A DNA stretch of 64,000 bases from Thermoplasmata archaeon (GCA_035636595.1 DASPYU010000017.1:64040-128039), one strand, 5' to 3'. Positions 9,684-19,868 are shown, counted from the stretch's first letter. Notes: generated by a model not told the origin, from the sequence alone. Numbers and translations: made by a program.

Positions 9684-10622
9684 ATGTTGGCAGATTTGCA
9701 GAATGCGTACATCCAGGCGGTGGAGCGAGCGGGCGAGAGCACGGTCAACGTCAGCACGGCACGCGGCGCCTACGGACCGCCGTACGGACCCTGGCCGCGG
9801 CGGGGCTTCGGATCCGGCGTGGTGCTCGACGCGAACGGCCACATCCTGACGACGCATCATGTGGTGGACGAAGCGGAGAAAGTCATCGTGACGTTCAACG
9901 ACGGGCGAGTGCTGAGCGGCACGGTGGTCGGCGGGGACGAGGAAGCGGACATCGCGGTCGTGCGGGTGGAAGGCAAGGACTTCCACGTCGCGGACTTCGC
10001 GAACTCCGATGAGTTGAAGGTGGGCCAGCCGGTCCTCGCGATCGGCAATCCGCTCGGGTTGCCGGGCGGACCGACGGTCACCTCGGGCGTCGTCAGTTCC
10101 CTGCACCGGAACCTCGTCCGGTGGCCCGGAGACGGCCTGCCCGTGATCCAGACCGATGCAGCGGTGAATCCGGGCAACAGCGGCGGACCGCTCGTGGACT
10201 TGCGCGGCCGCGTCGTCGCGATCAACACGGCGACGATCCCGTACGCAGAAGGAATCGGCTTCTCGATTCCCATCAACGCGGCGTTGGCGGTGGCCCGTCA
10301 GATTCTTGAGCACGGCCACGTGCAGCGGCCCTGGCTCGGAATCGCCGGGTACGACGTGAACCGCCGACTCGCGGGATACTACGGGTTCACAAGCCGCAGC
10401 GGCGTCTTCGTGGCGGAGATTACCCCGGGTTCACCGGCGGAATCCGCCGGCCTCCTCGTCGGGGACGTCATCACGTCGATCGGAGGCCGTACCCTCTCGA
10501 CCGTTGCGGACCTTGTCGAGGCCCTGCGGGAACGCGCGATCGGCGACAAGATTGACGTTGCCGCGGAACGCCGCGGACAGTCCGTCCGCGCGACCGCGAC
10601 CCTGGGGAGCCGGCCGTACTGA
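9684..10622 (+). CDS. HtrA/DegP-like trypsin serine protease with one PDZ domain
   Basis: GSGVV, LTTHHVV (His), DIAVV (Asp), QTDAAVNPGNSGGPL (Ser), then PDZ; SD GGAGG before ATG 9684, alternative GTG at 9627. Confidence 0.9.
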   Translation: MLADLQNAYIQAVERAGESTVNVSTARGAYGPPYGPWPRRGFGSGVVLDANGHILTTHHVVDEAEKVIVTFNDGRVLSGTVVGGDEEADIAVVRVEGKDFHVADFANSDELKVGQPVLAIGNPLGLPGGPTVTSGVVSSLHRNLVRWPGDGLPVIQTDAAVNPGNSGGPLVDLRGRVVAINTATIPYAEGIGFSIPINAALAVARQILEHGHVQRPWLGIAGYDVNRRLAGYYGFTSRSGVFVAEITPGSPAESAGLLVGDVITSIGGRTLSTVADLVEALRERAIGDKIDVAAERRGQSVRATATLGSRPY

Positions 10623-10676
10623 GTCGGATACGGAGCCCAACAACTTCAAGACCGGGGGCCTCATCGCGCCTTCGTG

Positions 10677-10862
10677 ATGCGGCCCTCCCACCCCGAGGTT
10701 TGCCCGAATTGCGGCAAGCTCACGTGGAACTGGCGGTACCTGTCGGTCCGCGTGTGGATCGAGTGCGAGCATTGCGGCTACAAGGACAGCGTGAGCAACA
10801 CGCCGGTGAGCGGGGCCATGACGGACAGCACGTCCCGTAAATCCCCGTTCTCGAAGGCGTGA
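10677..10862 (+). CDS. Small zinc-ribbon protein
   Basis: CPNCG...CEHCG in a 61 aa ORF filling an intergenic gap. Confidence 0.6.
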   Translation: MRPSHPEVCPNCGKLTWNWRYLSVRVWIECEHCGYKDSVSNTPVSGAMTDSTSRKSPFSKA

Positions 10863-10887
10863 TCCGTCCTCACGGCCGGTTGTGCGG

Positions 10888-12051
10888 TCATAATCGTCGG
10901 AACGTCGCCTTTAACGTTCGGACCGTGTGCGGGCGCCAGTACAGCGCGTCGAAGAGCGCGGGGTCGCCGTCCATCTTCAGGTACTGCTTGCGGATCATCG
11001 CCGTGCCGTACCAGTAGCAGAACGCGTACGAGGCCCACGTCCGGTGCGCGGCATATCGGACGTCCCTCACCGCCTGCCGCCAGTCGACGAGGCCCGAATG
11101 CATCGCGTATCGCAGGAGCTCGCGCCGGGGCTCCTCCCGGTGGACCATCCAGGCGAGGTTGACTTCCGTCCCCCAGCGCAGGCGGTTCAGGAGCAGCGTC
11201 ATGCGGTCCTCGGGCGTCCGGTCCCAGCGGATGAACCACATTCCGTTCTCGCCGATCCCCTCCTCCACCGGGCCCATCGGGCACGCCGCCAGGGAGACGG
11301 CTGCCTCCCGCGGGAAGTCGCCGTGGAGGTACTCCCACTCCCGCGTGGCCTGGTGGACGTGATGGCCCGGATACGCCTCGTGGGCCGCCATATCCCGCAG
11401 TGCGGGCCAGGTCCACGGGAGGTCCACGTTTAGGTTCACGTCGCTGCGGTAGTCGTGGGTGTAATTGCAGATGCCGGAGATTGTGCGGCCGTGGGTCGGA
11501 CTCAGCTTCACGCGTTCCGTCTTCGGGAGTTTGAAGAGCCGTCGCGCATCGCGCCGCGCCAGGTCCAGGAATCGCCGCATCGTCGGGAGGACGGCGGCCC
11601 GCGCGACCCCGTGGTCTCGCTCCCACTCCTTGACCGCACGCTGGAGTCCGTCCCCGCCGCCGACGTGCAAGATGGACCGGACCTCCCGCCGCAAGGATTC
11701 GAGTTCCGACTCGGCGGCGGGCCGCGCGGGGAGATCGTAAAAGTCCCGCACCTGGTCGGGAAGGCGCGGGGACGGCCCTCGCACTTGACGGACGAGCGCC
11801 CGGAGCGTCGGGACGTGATCCTCGAGCCAATCCCGGCGAAATCCGCGGGGCTCCTTCCGAGTCAAGGTCGCTAGGCGCTGGACGGCGTCGACGATCTCGG
11901 GCCAGGTTCGCAGCGGCGCGAGCCGGACCGGGTCCAGGTCCCACGGCGTTAGCCGCGTTCTGTCGCGGGCCTGCGCGCGTCGATCCAACGCGTAGGCGAT
12001 CCGAAGGAACGTCCGAGCGGTCTCGTCCTCCACGGGCCGGCGCGGCGGCAC
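10888..12051 (-). CDS. DUF885-like putative metallopeptidase
   Basis: HEAYPGHH, EEG.G and Y..G motifs. Confidence 0.7.
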   Translation of the reverse strand: MPPRRPVEDETARTFLRIAYALDRRAQARDRTRLTPWDLDPVRLAPLRTWPEIVDAVQRLATLTRKEPRGFRRDWLEDHVPTLRALVRQVRGPSPRLPDQVRDFYDLPARPAAESELESLRREVRSILHVGGGDGLQRAVKEWERDHGVARAAVLPTMRRFLDLARRDARRLFKLPKTERVKLSPTHGRTISGICNYTHDYRSDVNLNVDLPWTWPALRDMAAHEAYPGHHVHQATREWEYLHGDFPREAAVSLAACPMGPVEEGIGENGMWFIRWDRTPEDRMTLLLNRLRWGTEVNLAWMVHREEPRRELLRYAMHSGLVDWRQAVRDVRYAAHRTWASYAFCYWYGTAMIRKQYLKMDGDPALFDALYWRPHTVRTLKATFRRL

Positions 12052-12102
12052 TCCAGCGGTATCGAGGGCCGCATCAAAAGGCTTCTCTCAGGAGCGCGGA
12101 CC

Positions 12103-12267
12103 TCAGAGAGGCCACTGATACGTGACGTACAAGACGACCGCGGACAGAGCGATGCAGAAGACCACGACCACCCAGGGAGGCACCTTGAGCGCCTTCTCGT
12201 CCTCCTGGTCGAAGTATCGGATCAGGCCTGCGGCCGAGTGGAAGCCGCTGTCGCGATCTTTCGCCAT
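12103..12267 (-). CDS. secG: Preprotein translocase subunit Sec61beta (archaeal SecG)
   Basis: [16 protein letters not shown]...KVPP plus one TM helix. Confidence 0.9.
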   Translation of the reverse strand: MAKDRDSGFHSAAGLIRYFDQEDEKALKVPPWVVVVFCIALSAVVLYVTYQWPL

Positions 12268-12392
12268 GTGCTCGGACGTGTCCATGGCGGCCCGGCATTA
12301 AAACGTTTTCGCGCGGTGGGTGTACGCACCCGTCCTCCGAGGAGAGGATTAATACAAGGACTCGGATGGCGCCTCCCTCGCGGTCGCGCGTC

Positions 12393-12665
12393 ATGACAGA
12401 GGCCGGCGTCGTCTACATCGGGAAGAAGCCGACGATGACCTACGTCTTGGCGGTCGTCACGCACTTCATCGACGGCACGCGCGACGTTGTCGTGAAGGCC
12501 CGCGGCCGATCGATCTCCCGTGCGGTCGACGTGGCCGAAATCGTCCGAGGTCGCTTCGTCCCGGAGGCGAAGGTGCGGGACGTGCGCATCGCCACGGAGA
12601 AAGTGGCCGGCGAGGACGGCCGCGCGACGAGCGTGAGCAGCATCGAGATCGTCCTGTCCCGCTGA
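12393..12665 (+). CDS. albA: DNA/RNA-binding protein Alba
   Basis: [29 protein letters not shown] and VSSIEIVL. Confidence 0.95.
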   Translation: MTEAGVVYIGKKPTMTYVLAVVTHFIDGTRDVVVKARGRSISRAVDVAEIVRGRFVPEAKVRDVRIATEKVAGEDGRATSVSSIEIVLSR

Positions 12666-12714
12666 CATTGTACGCGCAAAGACATTTATCGCCCTTGATG
12701 CTAGCCGACGCCGG

Positions 12715-13575
12715 ATGTCGCCGATTGACGTGCTTTTGCTCCTTGCGCTGGCGGCGTTCCTCGCGGGCATCGCGGGGTCCTTCCTCGGGATCGGCGGCGG
12801 CGTCTTCCTCATCCCGTTCATGACGCTGGGCCTGGGGATCGACATCAAGGTCGCGATCGGCACGAGCCTGATCGGGGTCATCGCGACGTCGACCGGCGCC
12901 GCCTCCGTGTATGTGCGAGACCACCTCACGAACCTGCGGCTCGCGATGTTCCTCGAGATCGCGACGACCTTGGGCGCAATCGTCGGAGCGCTTGCCGGCC
13001 TGTTGCTCCCGTCGCAATATCTGTTCATGGTCTTCGGAATCGTGGTGCTGTACGCGTCCGCCTCGATGGCACGAACGAGGGAGACCGCGAAGGACCGCGC
13101 GTACCACGCGGGCGAAGAGAACCCTCTCTCCAAGCGCCTCAACCTCGGGAGCGTGTACTTCGACCGCGAAGACCAGGGCGTCTACCGCTACCGCGTCGAG
13201 CGGCCGGGAGCCGGGTTCGGCGTCAGCGCGGCCGCCGGCCTGTTTTCAGGACTCCTGGGCGTCGGAGGCGGCTTCATCAAAGTCCCCGCGATGAACATCC
13301 TGATGCGCGTCCCGATGAAGGCCGCCGTCGCGACGAGCAACTTCATGATCGGGGTCACGGCGGCCGCGAGCGCGTTCATCTATTACTCCCAGGGGCTGGT
13401 GAACCCAAGTCTCGCGTCGATGGTGATCGTCGGGGTGTTCACGGGCACGAACCTTGGGACGCGCGTGCTCGAGCGGACGAAGGCGCAGCAGGTGCGCTTC
13501 CTCTTCGCGGTGTTCCTCGCGATCATCGGCGTCCTCATGGCCTTGCGGGCGACCGGATTCGGGGTGCTCGTGTGA
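12715..13575 (+). CDS. TauE/SafE (TSUP) family permease
   Basis: Duplicated GIGGG/GVGGG..P motifs and AVATSNFMIGVTA. Confidence 0.9.
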   Translation: MSPIDVLLLLALAAFLAGIAGSFLGIGGGVFLIPFMTLGLGIDIKVAIGTSLIGVIATSTGAASVYVRDHLTNLRLAMFLEIATTLGAIVGALAGLLLPSQYLFMVFGIVVLYASASMARTRETAKDRAYHAGEENPLSKRLNLGSVYFDREDQGVYRYRVERPGAGFGVSAAAGLFSGLLGVGGGFIKVPAMNILMRVPMKAAVATSNFMIGVTAAASAFIYYSQGLVNPSLASMVIVGVFTGTNLGTRVLERTKAQQVRFLFAVFLAIIGVLMALRATGFGVLV

Positions 13576-13976
13576 TCTATCCTCGGGTCGGACTGCGAAT
13601 CATCCAAGACCGCATCGGAGCGTTGCGGCGCGCCGTCGTCGCCGAGGTCGAGGACATCAACCGCCTCATCTACCACGTGCTGCGGGGCGGCGTCCTCGTC
13701 TCCGTGTCGTTCATCCTGTTCGGGTTCATCCTCCGCGGACTCGGAGGGCCCGACGTGCCCGATTCCTCGATCCCCACGCGGAGCCTCCTCCCGGCGCTCA
13801 TCCACTTCACTCCCGCCGGATTCCTGAATCTCGGGGTCCTGCTGATGATCTTCACGCCGATGGCCCGCGTCGTCCTGAGCCTCGTCTCCTTCGGGGAGGA
13901 GGGAGACCGGACGTACACCGCCTTGACGGGCATTGTGTTCGTGAACCTCCTCGTGAGCGTGTTCCTCCTCGCGTGA
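13572..13976 (+). CDS. DUF1634 family membrane protein
   Basis: LRGGVLVS, G.LLMIFTP.ARV and E.DR.Y; usual partner of this TauE subfamily; GTGA overlap. Confidence 0.8.
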   Translation: MIYPRVGLRIIQDRIGALRRAVVAEVEDINRLIYHVLRGGVLVSVSFILFGFILRGLGGPDVPDSSIPTRSLLPALIHFTPAGFLNLGVLLMIFTPMARVVLSLVSFGEEGDRTYTALTGIVFVNLLVSVFLLA

Positions 13977-13979
13977 ACC

Positions 13980-13985
13980 TTTAAG
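13980..13985 (+). promoter_or_regulatory. TATA box of the pus10 operon
   Basis: TTTAAG 22 nt upstream of the GTG start. Confidence 0.6.
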
Positions 13986-14007
13986 CGCGGCGCCCCATGG
14001 GGAACCC

Positions 14008-15213
14008 GTGGACGAGGTCCTCGCCGCGGCCCAATCGGTCGACTGGTCCGGTCTCGGCGAGCGGACGCTTTGTGATGCGTGTCTCGGCCGGCTGTTTGGG
14101 AAGGTCGGACACGGACACACGAACGTCGAACGGGGCCGTGCGATTCGCGCCAGCAGCCCCGCGGAAGGCGCATGTTGGGTGTGCGCGGGCCTCACGGATC
14201 GGTACGATGACCTCGCGGAGCTGGTCCACCGCAAGCTGGGGCCCTGGGAGTTCGACACCTTCCGGATCGGATCGAAGATCGACCCCGAAGTCTCGGCACG
14301 CGAAGAGTCCCTCTGGTCCGAGCTCGGCCTCGCGAACGCCGAACCGCTCAAGGCCGAAGTGAACCGCGAGATCGGGAAGCGCGTCGCCGACCTGGTGCGC
14401 AAGGAACCGGATCTCGCGAATCCGGATGTCGTGGCCGTCGTCGATACCGCGTTCGACCACGTCGATCTCCAGGTGAATCCGCTGTACCTCCGGGGCCGCT
14501 ACCGCAAGCTCGTCCGCGGCGTGCCGCAGACCCGCTGGCCCTGCCGGCGGTGCATGGGCAAAGGATGCGCCCGCTGCGGCGGAACGGGCAAGATGTACCC
14601 GACCAGCGTCGAGGAAGTGATCGCCGCGGAAGTCATGCGGGAGGCGGGCGGCACCGCCCATGCGTTGCACGGCATGGGCCGCGAAGATGTGGACGCGCGG
14701 ATGCTCGGCCGCGGACGCCCGTTCATCGTCGAGATCAAGGAACCGCGAAAGCGTCGCATCGACCTCGCCGCCGCGGTCGATCGGATCAACGCTTCGGGAA
14801 TGGTCGAAGTGGACGGACTCGTCCCTGCGAAGGGCGCGGACATCGTCGGATTGAAAGAGGACCGCGCCGCGAAGACGTACCGGGTCCTCCTGAGGACCAT
14901 CCCTCCCGTGGACGAAGCAAAGCTTAAGAGGACCCTCCCGGTTTTGGTGCCCGAGCCGATCGCTCAACGCACCCCCGAACGGGTCGTTCACCGGCGTGCG
15001 GATACCATACGGCATCGACGGGTCTTGGCGGCGGAAGTCGTCGGGACGGACGCCGACCGCGCGGAGATCCGCGTGACGGCGGAGGCGGGGACCTACATCA
15101 AGGAGTGGGTTCACGGGGACCGCGGACGGACGTCGCCGTCCCTCGCGGAACGACTCGGGGTGGTGTGCGAGGTGCTCGAGCTCGACGTGCTGGACGTCCA
15201 CGACGACGGGTGA
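14008..15213 (+). CDS. pus10: tRNA pseudouridine(54/55) synthase Pus10
   Basis: GRYRKLVRGVPQTRW, GREDVDARMLG.GRPF, QRTPERV.HRR and GTYIKE. Confidence 0.95.
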   Translation: MDEVLAAAQSVDWSGLGERTLCDACLGRLFGKVGHGHTNVERGRAIRASSPAEGACWVCAGLTDRYDDLAELVHRKLGPWEFDTFRIGSKIDPEVSAREESLWSELGLANAEPLKAEVNREIGKRVADLVRKEPDLANPDVVAVVDTAFDHVDLQVNPLYLRGRYRKLVRGVPQTRWPCRRCMGKGCARCGGTGKMYPTSVEEVIAAEVMREAGGTAHALHGMGREDVDARMLGRGRPFIVEIKEPRKRRIDLAAAVDRINASGMVEVDGLVPAKGADIVGLKEDRAAKTYRVLLRTIPPVDEAKLKRTLPVLVPEPIAQRTPERVVHRRADTIRHRRVLAAEVVGTDADRAEIRVTAEAGTYIKEWVHGDRGRTSPSLAERLGVVCEVLELDVLDVHDDG

Positions 15214-15219
15214 TTCGGA

Positions 15220-15510
15220 ATGGTGAAGGCCTCGAAAGGGATCATGGAGAAGACGCGGCAGAAGTTTCGCCGCAGTCCGCGCGAGCGCGGGCTCTCTCCG
15301 ATCACGCGATCCTTCCAGGTCTTCGCGGACGGCGAACACGTCACGATCGTGATCGATTCGAGCGTCCAGAAAGGCTGGCCCCACCACCGATTCCACGGCA
15401 TGACCGGCAAGGTCGTTGGCCGCCGCGGGGGCTCGTTCCTCGTCGACGTGCGGTTTGGCGGGAAGATCAAGCACGCCGTGGTCCGCCCCGAACACCTGAG
15501 GCGCGCCTAG
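15220..15510 (+). CDS. rpl21e: 50S ribosomal protein L21e
   Basis: GWPHHRFHGMTG and RPEHL motifs. Confidence 0.95.
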   Translation: MVKASKGIMEKTRQKFRRSPRERGLSPITRSFQVFADGEHVTIVIDSSVQKGWPHHRFHGMTGKVVGRRGGSFLVDVRFGGKIKHAVVRPEHLRRA

Positions 15511-15520
15511 GAGGGAGACG

Positions 15521-15841
15521 ATGGAGGAAGCGTTCGTGTCCCTCACGGAACTGAAAGTCATCCTCGAGAAGGAGAAGGCGGCCCGCGGCGAGCTGAATCC
15601 GGAGCAGCAGTACTCGTTCTCGCATGCGTCCCTCTTCGCCCGCGTTCCTCCGGAGAAGGTCCCGCCGATCGTGAAGGAGCTCATGGAGATCCCCATGATG
15701 TCGCCCTTCAACGCGGTGAAGATCGTCGACCTGATGCCGACGCACATGGACGACGTCCGCGCGATCTTCGCGAAGGAACGATTCGCCTTGTCGAAAGAGG
15801 ATGCGGAGAAGGTCATCGAGATCGTGGGGAAATACCGCTGA
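15521..15841 (+). CDS. rpoF: RNA polymerase subunit F (Rpo4)
   Basis: AVKIVDLMP...DDVRAIFAKER; follows rpl21e. Confidence 0.9.
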   Translation: MEEAFVSLTELKVILEKEKAARGELNPEQQYSFSHASLFARVPPEKVPPIVKELMEIPMMSPFNAVKIVDLMPTHMDDVRAIFAKERFALSKEDAEKVIEIVGKYR

Positions 15842-15854
15842 CGAGGCGATCCGT

Positions 15855-16403
15855 ATGGAAGATTACGCCCGCATCCTCGATTACCTACCGCAAGGTCATC
15901 CGGACCAGTCGAAGTTCCATCGCGAGCCCCTCGCCTACGCGCTCGGCGTGGACGAGTTCAAACTCTTCGAGCTCGTGCCGAAGGAGGGAGCGGCCCTCGG
16001 CATCGGGCAGCGCGTGTACATCGGCAAGGAGATCGACCAGCGGACGGAAGTCCTTCATGTGAAGCGCCGCGTTGGCCATGAGGAGCTCACGACGGCGGCG
16101 CAGAAGGAGCTGCCCTTCGTGATCCAAGAGACCGTCAAGGAGAAGGAGGCGAAGTTCGTCGACTTCTTCAACCGCGCGCAGGCGATCACGACGCGGTTCC
16201 ACATGCTCGAGCTGCTTCCCGGCCTCGGCAAGAAGACGATGTGGGCGATCCTCGAGGAGCGGAAGAAGGGGCCGTTCACGTCGTTTCAGGATCTCGACCA
16301 GCGTGTCCCGAGCATCCACCACCCAGAGAAACTCGTCGCGAAGCGGATCGAGATGGAGATCTCCGACCCGACGCAGAAGTACCGGCTGTTCGTCGCACGA
16401 TAG
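15855..16403 (+). CDS. DUF655 RNA-binding protein
   Basis: EDYARILDYLP.G, H.LELLPGLGKK and KYRLFV. Confidence 0.9.
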   Translation: MEDYARILDYLPQGHPDQSKFHREPLAYALGVDEFKLFELVPKEGAALGIGQRVYIGKEIDQRTEVLHVKRRVGHEELTTAAQKELPFVIQETVKEKEAKFVDFFNRAQAITTRFHMLELLPGLGKKTMWAILEERKKGPFTSFQDLDQRVPSIHHPEKLVAKRIEMEISDPTQKYRLFVAR

Positions 16404-16512
16404 CCCGAACAGCTCAGGCTGCTCCGTGGCCGAATCGGTCGCTTGCGCGCTTAGATCCTAAAATGAACGAATCGTAGACCGTTTGCGGCGTCGCAGTTCC
16501 AACGCTGGCAAG

Positions 16513-17109
16513 TTAAGTTCTTACAGGGAAGAGAATCGGATAACCAGCTTGTTTCGCGGCCCGTAGAAATTGCTTAAGCATCAGCCGATAGGCGCTCCAG
16601 AGACCGATCAGGGAGGCAAAGTACAGGGGGAAGAAGGACCAGCTGTTCTGGCTGCCGCTTATCCGCTCGAATTCAACCGCCACGAAACCCCACCCGAACA
16701 TGGCCGCCAGATAGGCAAAGCTAACAAGATTTGCTTGCAGCCAGTGGCCTCCTTGAGCAAGCGATCGGAGATATCCGGCAACCAATCTTGCGTTCTCGTC
16801 GCTCTTGTTCATGCCGGTGCCGATACTAGCTTCGAGAACGGTGGCGCTCGCGATCGGCGTCCACCACGCGTCGACAAGGGCAACGAAACTGAACGCGACC
16901 ACGAATATTCTCAAGAACGCATCAGTCGATTGCGCCGAGGACACTACCAACAAGGTGATCACGAAGATCCCCCACCAAAGTGGGCACAGCAAGAAGAAAC
17001 GTTCCCACAAACCGCCCGCCGACCAGATCACTCGAAGCCCCTCGAATCCGCTCGCGGTACCGGTCGATTCGGGCACACCAGAGAAGGGTGTTGGCGTGGT
17101 CATCTTCAC
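16513..17109 (-). CDS. Hypothetical membrane protein
   Basis: About four TM segments; visibly more AT-rich codon usage than neighbours. Confidence 0.55.
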   Translation of the reverse strand: MKMTTPTPFSGVPESTGTASGFEGLRVIWSAGGLWERFFLLCPLWWGIFVITLLVVSSAQSTDAFLRIFVVAFSFVALVDAWWTPIASATVLEASIGTGMNKSDENARLVAGYLRSLAQGGHWLQANLVSFAYLAAMFGWGFVAVEFERISGSQNSWSFFPLYFASLIGLWSAYRLMLKQFLRAAKQAGYPILFPVRT

Positions 17110-17120
17110 GGCCTATCTGG

Positions 17121-17924
17121 TCAGACCTTGACGAGATCCGCCTCGATCTCGCGGCAATCATGGGACGACAATCCGAGCTTCTTCCGCAACGCCTCGAGCA
17201 GTTCGCGTTCGTTGTCCGTGATCGGACCCCCCTCGAGCGCCTCCGACGCGACCGCCCGGTAGATGCCGGTCCGGTTCTCGAGGACTTCCTCGAGGACCTC
17301 ACTCTCGATGCGGTCCTGCTCCTCCCTCGAGATGCCGAGGTTCTCCCGGAGCTGCTCGACCAGGAGACGTTCGGTCGCGGTGACGCGACCGTCCTTCCAG
17401 GCCGTCATGACGGCGCGCGTGTAGTCCTCGAGTCTCTTGACGCGTTCGTCCATCGCCCGCTTGCGTCGGTCATCAATGCCTTCGAGGTACTCCAGGTCGA
17501 GTTCGTTCACGTTCATCGCCTCGCGGATGATGTCCGAGAACGTCAGGTGGACCGACGTCGCGCGGTCGATCTCGTCGAGGCTCATCTCCTTCGTCACGCC
17601 GGCGATCTTGATCGGGACGCGGACTTTCGCGATGCGTTCCTTGATTCCCATCGCCCGCTCCCACCCGCGGGGCGCGAGGTAGTATGCGAGCATGCGCTGT
17701 TTCTCGCCTTCGATGTGCGCCTTCGTCTCGACCAGGAAACCGTCCCGCACCATCTCGTCGAGGTAGCGGGAAAGATGTTTGCGTTGCACGCCGGCCGCGA
17801 AGGCGATGCCTTTCTGGGACAGGGCCTGCGGCATCACGTACCGTTCCTCCATGTTCCGGAAGTCGGAGAGGTACAGGAGGATTCGATCCTCCGTCCCGAG
17901 CGTGAGCGGCGAGTCCTGTTTCAC
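17121..17924 (-). CDS. Winged-helix protein with C-terminal TerB/DjlA-like repeats
   Basis: LSQKGIAFAAGVQRKHLSRYL...YYLAPRG wHTH; two repeats, AWKDGRVTATERLLVEQLRENLGIS and ALEGGPITDNERELLEALRKKLGLS. Confidence 0.7.
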   Translation of the reverse strand: MKQDSPLTLGTEDRILLYLSDFRNMEERYVMPQALSQKGIAFAAGVQRKHLSRYLDEMVRDGFLVETKAHIEGEKQRMLAYYLAPRGWERAMGIKERIAKVRVPIKIAGVTKEMSLDEIDRATSVHLTFSDIIREAMNVNELDLEYLEGIDDRRKRAMDERVKRLEDYTRAVMTAWKDGRVTATERLLVEQLRENLGISREEQDRIESEVLEEVLENRTGIYRAVASEALEGGPITDNERELLEALRKKLGLSSHDCREIEADLVKV

Positions 17925-18026
17925 GCCTTCCGGGAACGCCGGGCGGGGCGGATAATCCTTCGCCCCGGCGATTCGCGCACCCTGCCCGCATGTTCTTAAG
18001 GGCTCCTCGGCCTCGGACGGTGTGGG

Positions 18027-19376
18027 ATGATGGCCCTCCCGGTCCAGCTGCCAGTGCAACCTCCGCCCCAAGGGTTCGGCGCGCTCTTCGACGCGGACAC
18101 GCGCGCAGCGATCGCGAGCGGACTGTGCATCTCGTGCCGCGGCGCGAAGCTGTTGTGCGGCAAGGCCCGGTGTCCCATCCTCGTCCGATGGGACTCGATG
18201 ATGAAGACCGCGCCGATGATTGACCGGGTCGACCTCGACGGCTCCTCGCCTCCCGGCGTATTCGTCGGCCGATTCGGATATCCGAAGGTCTATGTCGGCC
18301 CTCTGGTCCCGCCGATCCACGGGGACACGCAGATCCTGGATTCGCCGGAGGAATGGGTCGGCCACTCGATGGAGGACATCGTGAGCTTCCGCTCGCAGCT
18401 CGTCCGCGGGATGCATCGCGTGCATGTGATGGACGTGGACCGCGGCGGCCGGCTCGTCGATCAGACGAGAGAACTCGCCCTCGCCACGTCGCCCGCGGAG
18501 GTCGAAGCGGGCTTCTCCCGGAGGCCGCAGGGTCGCGTCGTCCTCGACGACAACGTGCAGCCCTTCGGACCGTCGGCGCCACTTCAGCGGCTCGACATCG
18601 GCACCGTGAAAGCGGACCCGCAACTGGTCCGCGCGTACTCGGACACGGACCTGAAGGCCAAGGACGCGGTCCTCGGCTTGTTCGACCGCGGGCTTCCGGT
18701 CTCGAAGATCCAGCGGGCCTTCAGCGTCGGCGCATTCGGGATCGAGAAGAACCGACGATTCGTCCCGACCCGATGGTCCATTACCGCGGTCGACGACACA
18801 ATCGGGAAGACGTTGCGGGAAGAGGTCAAAACGTATCCGCTCGTCAACGAGATCCGCGTCTACGAGGCGATCGGGTACGATGACCGATTCCTCGTCGTCA
18901 TGATCCCGCGGCCGTGGCGGTACGAGCTCATCGAGGCCTGGTATCCGAACACCCTCTGGAATCCCCTCGGCCGCGAGGTCGTCATGTTCGGGGACCACGA
19001 GGGCCTCGCCGGTCGTACGACGTACGCGAGCATCGGCGGCTGCTATTACGCCGCGCGTCTTGCGGTCGGGGAAGCGCTTGTCCGCGAACGCCGCCAAGCC
19101 GCGACCGTCATCCTGCGAGAGACGCACCCGGGATACATCATGCCCGTGGGCGTGTGGAACGTTCGCGAGCATGTGCGGGCCGCGCTGCGGGGGCGACCGG
19201 CATCGTTCCCAACGATGGCGGCGACCCTGGCCCACCTCACGACCCGACTCGACATCCCCATGGAGCGGTACGTCCGAATCAGCGAAGTCCTGAAGCACGT
19301 GATCTATCAGCGGACATTCGACGAATTCGTACTCCTCGAGGCAGGCCGACTCGTCTTGCCGTCGTCGCAGGCTTGA
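18027..19376 (+). CDS. nreA: Archaeal DNA repair protein Nre
   Basis: CISCRG.KLLCGK.RCP, GSSPPGVFVGRFGYPKV, VPTRWSITAVD, GCYYAARL, PVGVW.VRE and PIP box QRTFDEF. Confidence 0.92.
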   Translation: MMALPVQLPVQPPPQGFGALFDADTRAAIASGLCISCRGAKLLCGKARCPILVRWDSMMKTAPMIDRVDLDGSSPPGVFVGRFGYPKVYVGPLVPPIHGDTQILDSPEEWVGHSMEDIVSFRSQLVRGMHRVHVMDVDRGGRLVDQTRELALATSPAEVEAGFSRRPQGRVVLDDNVQPFGPSAPLQRLDIGTVKADPQLVRAYSDTDLKAKDAVLGLFDRGLPVSKIQRAFSVGAFGIEKNRRFVPTRWSITAVDDTIGKTLREEVKTYPLVNEIRVYEAIGYDDRFLVVMIPRPWRYELIEAWYPNTLWNPLGREVVMFGDHEGLAGRTTYASIGGCYYAARLAVGEALVRERRQAATVILRETHPGYIMPVGVWNVREHVRAALRGRPASFPTMAATLAHLTTRLDIPMERYVRISEVLKHVIYQRTFDEFVLLEAGRLVLPSSQA

Positions 19377-19403
19377 AGCGCACCGCCACAATTCTCCGAT
19401 GCC

Positions 19404-19832
19404 TTGCCGTCGCGAAGCGAATTCCCCAAATATCCGGTACCGGCCGTCGGTGCAGTCGTGTTCCGCGGCGACGCCGTGCTCCTCGTGAAACGGGGCTCGG
19501 AGCCAAACAAGGGACGCTGGAGCGTTCCTGGGGGCGGCCTCGAAGTCGGAGAGACCGTGGAAGTCGGCGTGGTGCGAGAGGTCCGCGAAGAGACGGGCGT
19601 CCAAGTGCGTGCGATGCGCGTGATCGAGGTGCGAGACTACATCGAGATGGACGGCGACCGCGCGCGGTGGCACTACGTCCTCATCGATGTGCTCTGCGAG
19701 TACATCGCAGGAGAGCCGTTCCCCGCGAGCGATGCGGACCACGCTCGATTCCTCCCGCTACGCGAGCTCGGAGAATACGACATCGCCTCCACCGCCTTGG
19801 AGGTCGTGCGGGCCGCGGCCGCGAAGCGCTGA
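19404..19832 (+). CDS. NUDIX hydrolase (ADP-ribose pyrophosphatase-like)
   Basis: Nudix box GGGLEVGETVEVGVVREVREETG. Confidence 0.9.
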   Translation: MPSRSEFPKYPVPAVGAVVFRGDAVLLVKRGSEPNKGRWSVPGGGLEVGETVEVGVVREVREETGVQVRAMRVIEVRDYIEMDGDRARWHYVLIDVLCEYIAGEPFPASDADHARFLPLRELGEYDIASTALEVVRAAAAKR

Positions 19833-19868
19833 CCGACTCGCCCCAATCCTCTTGCATCTGCGCGGCAT

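Noticed and set aside
17925..19742. N-terminal ~600 aa of the 873-aa minus-strand ORF
   Set aside because: Antisense to nreA and NUDIX; only the part from GTG 17924 looks protein-like.
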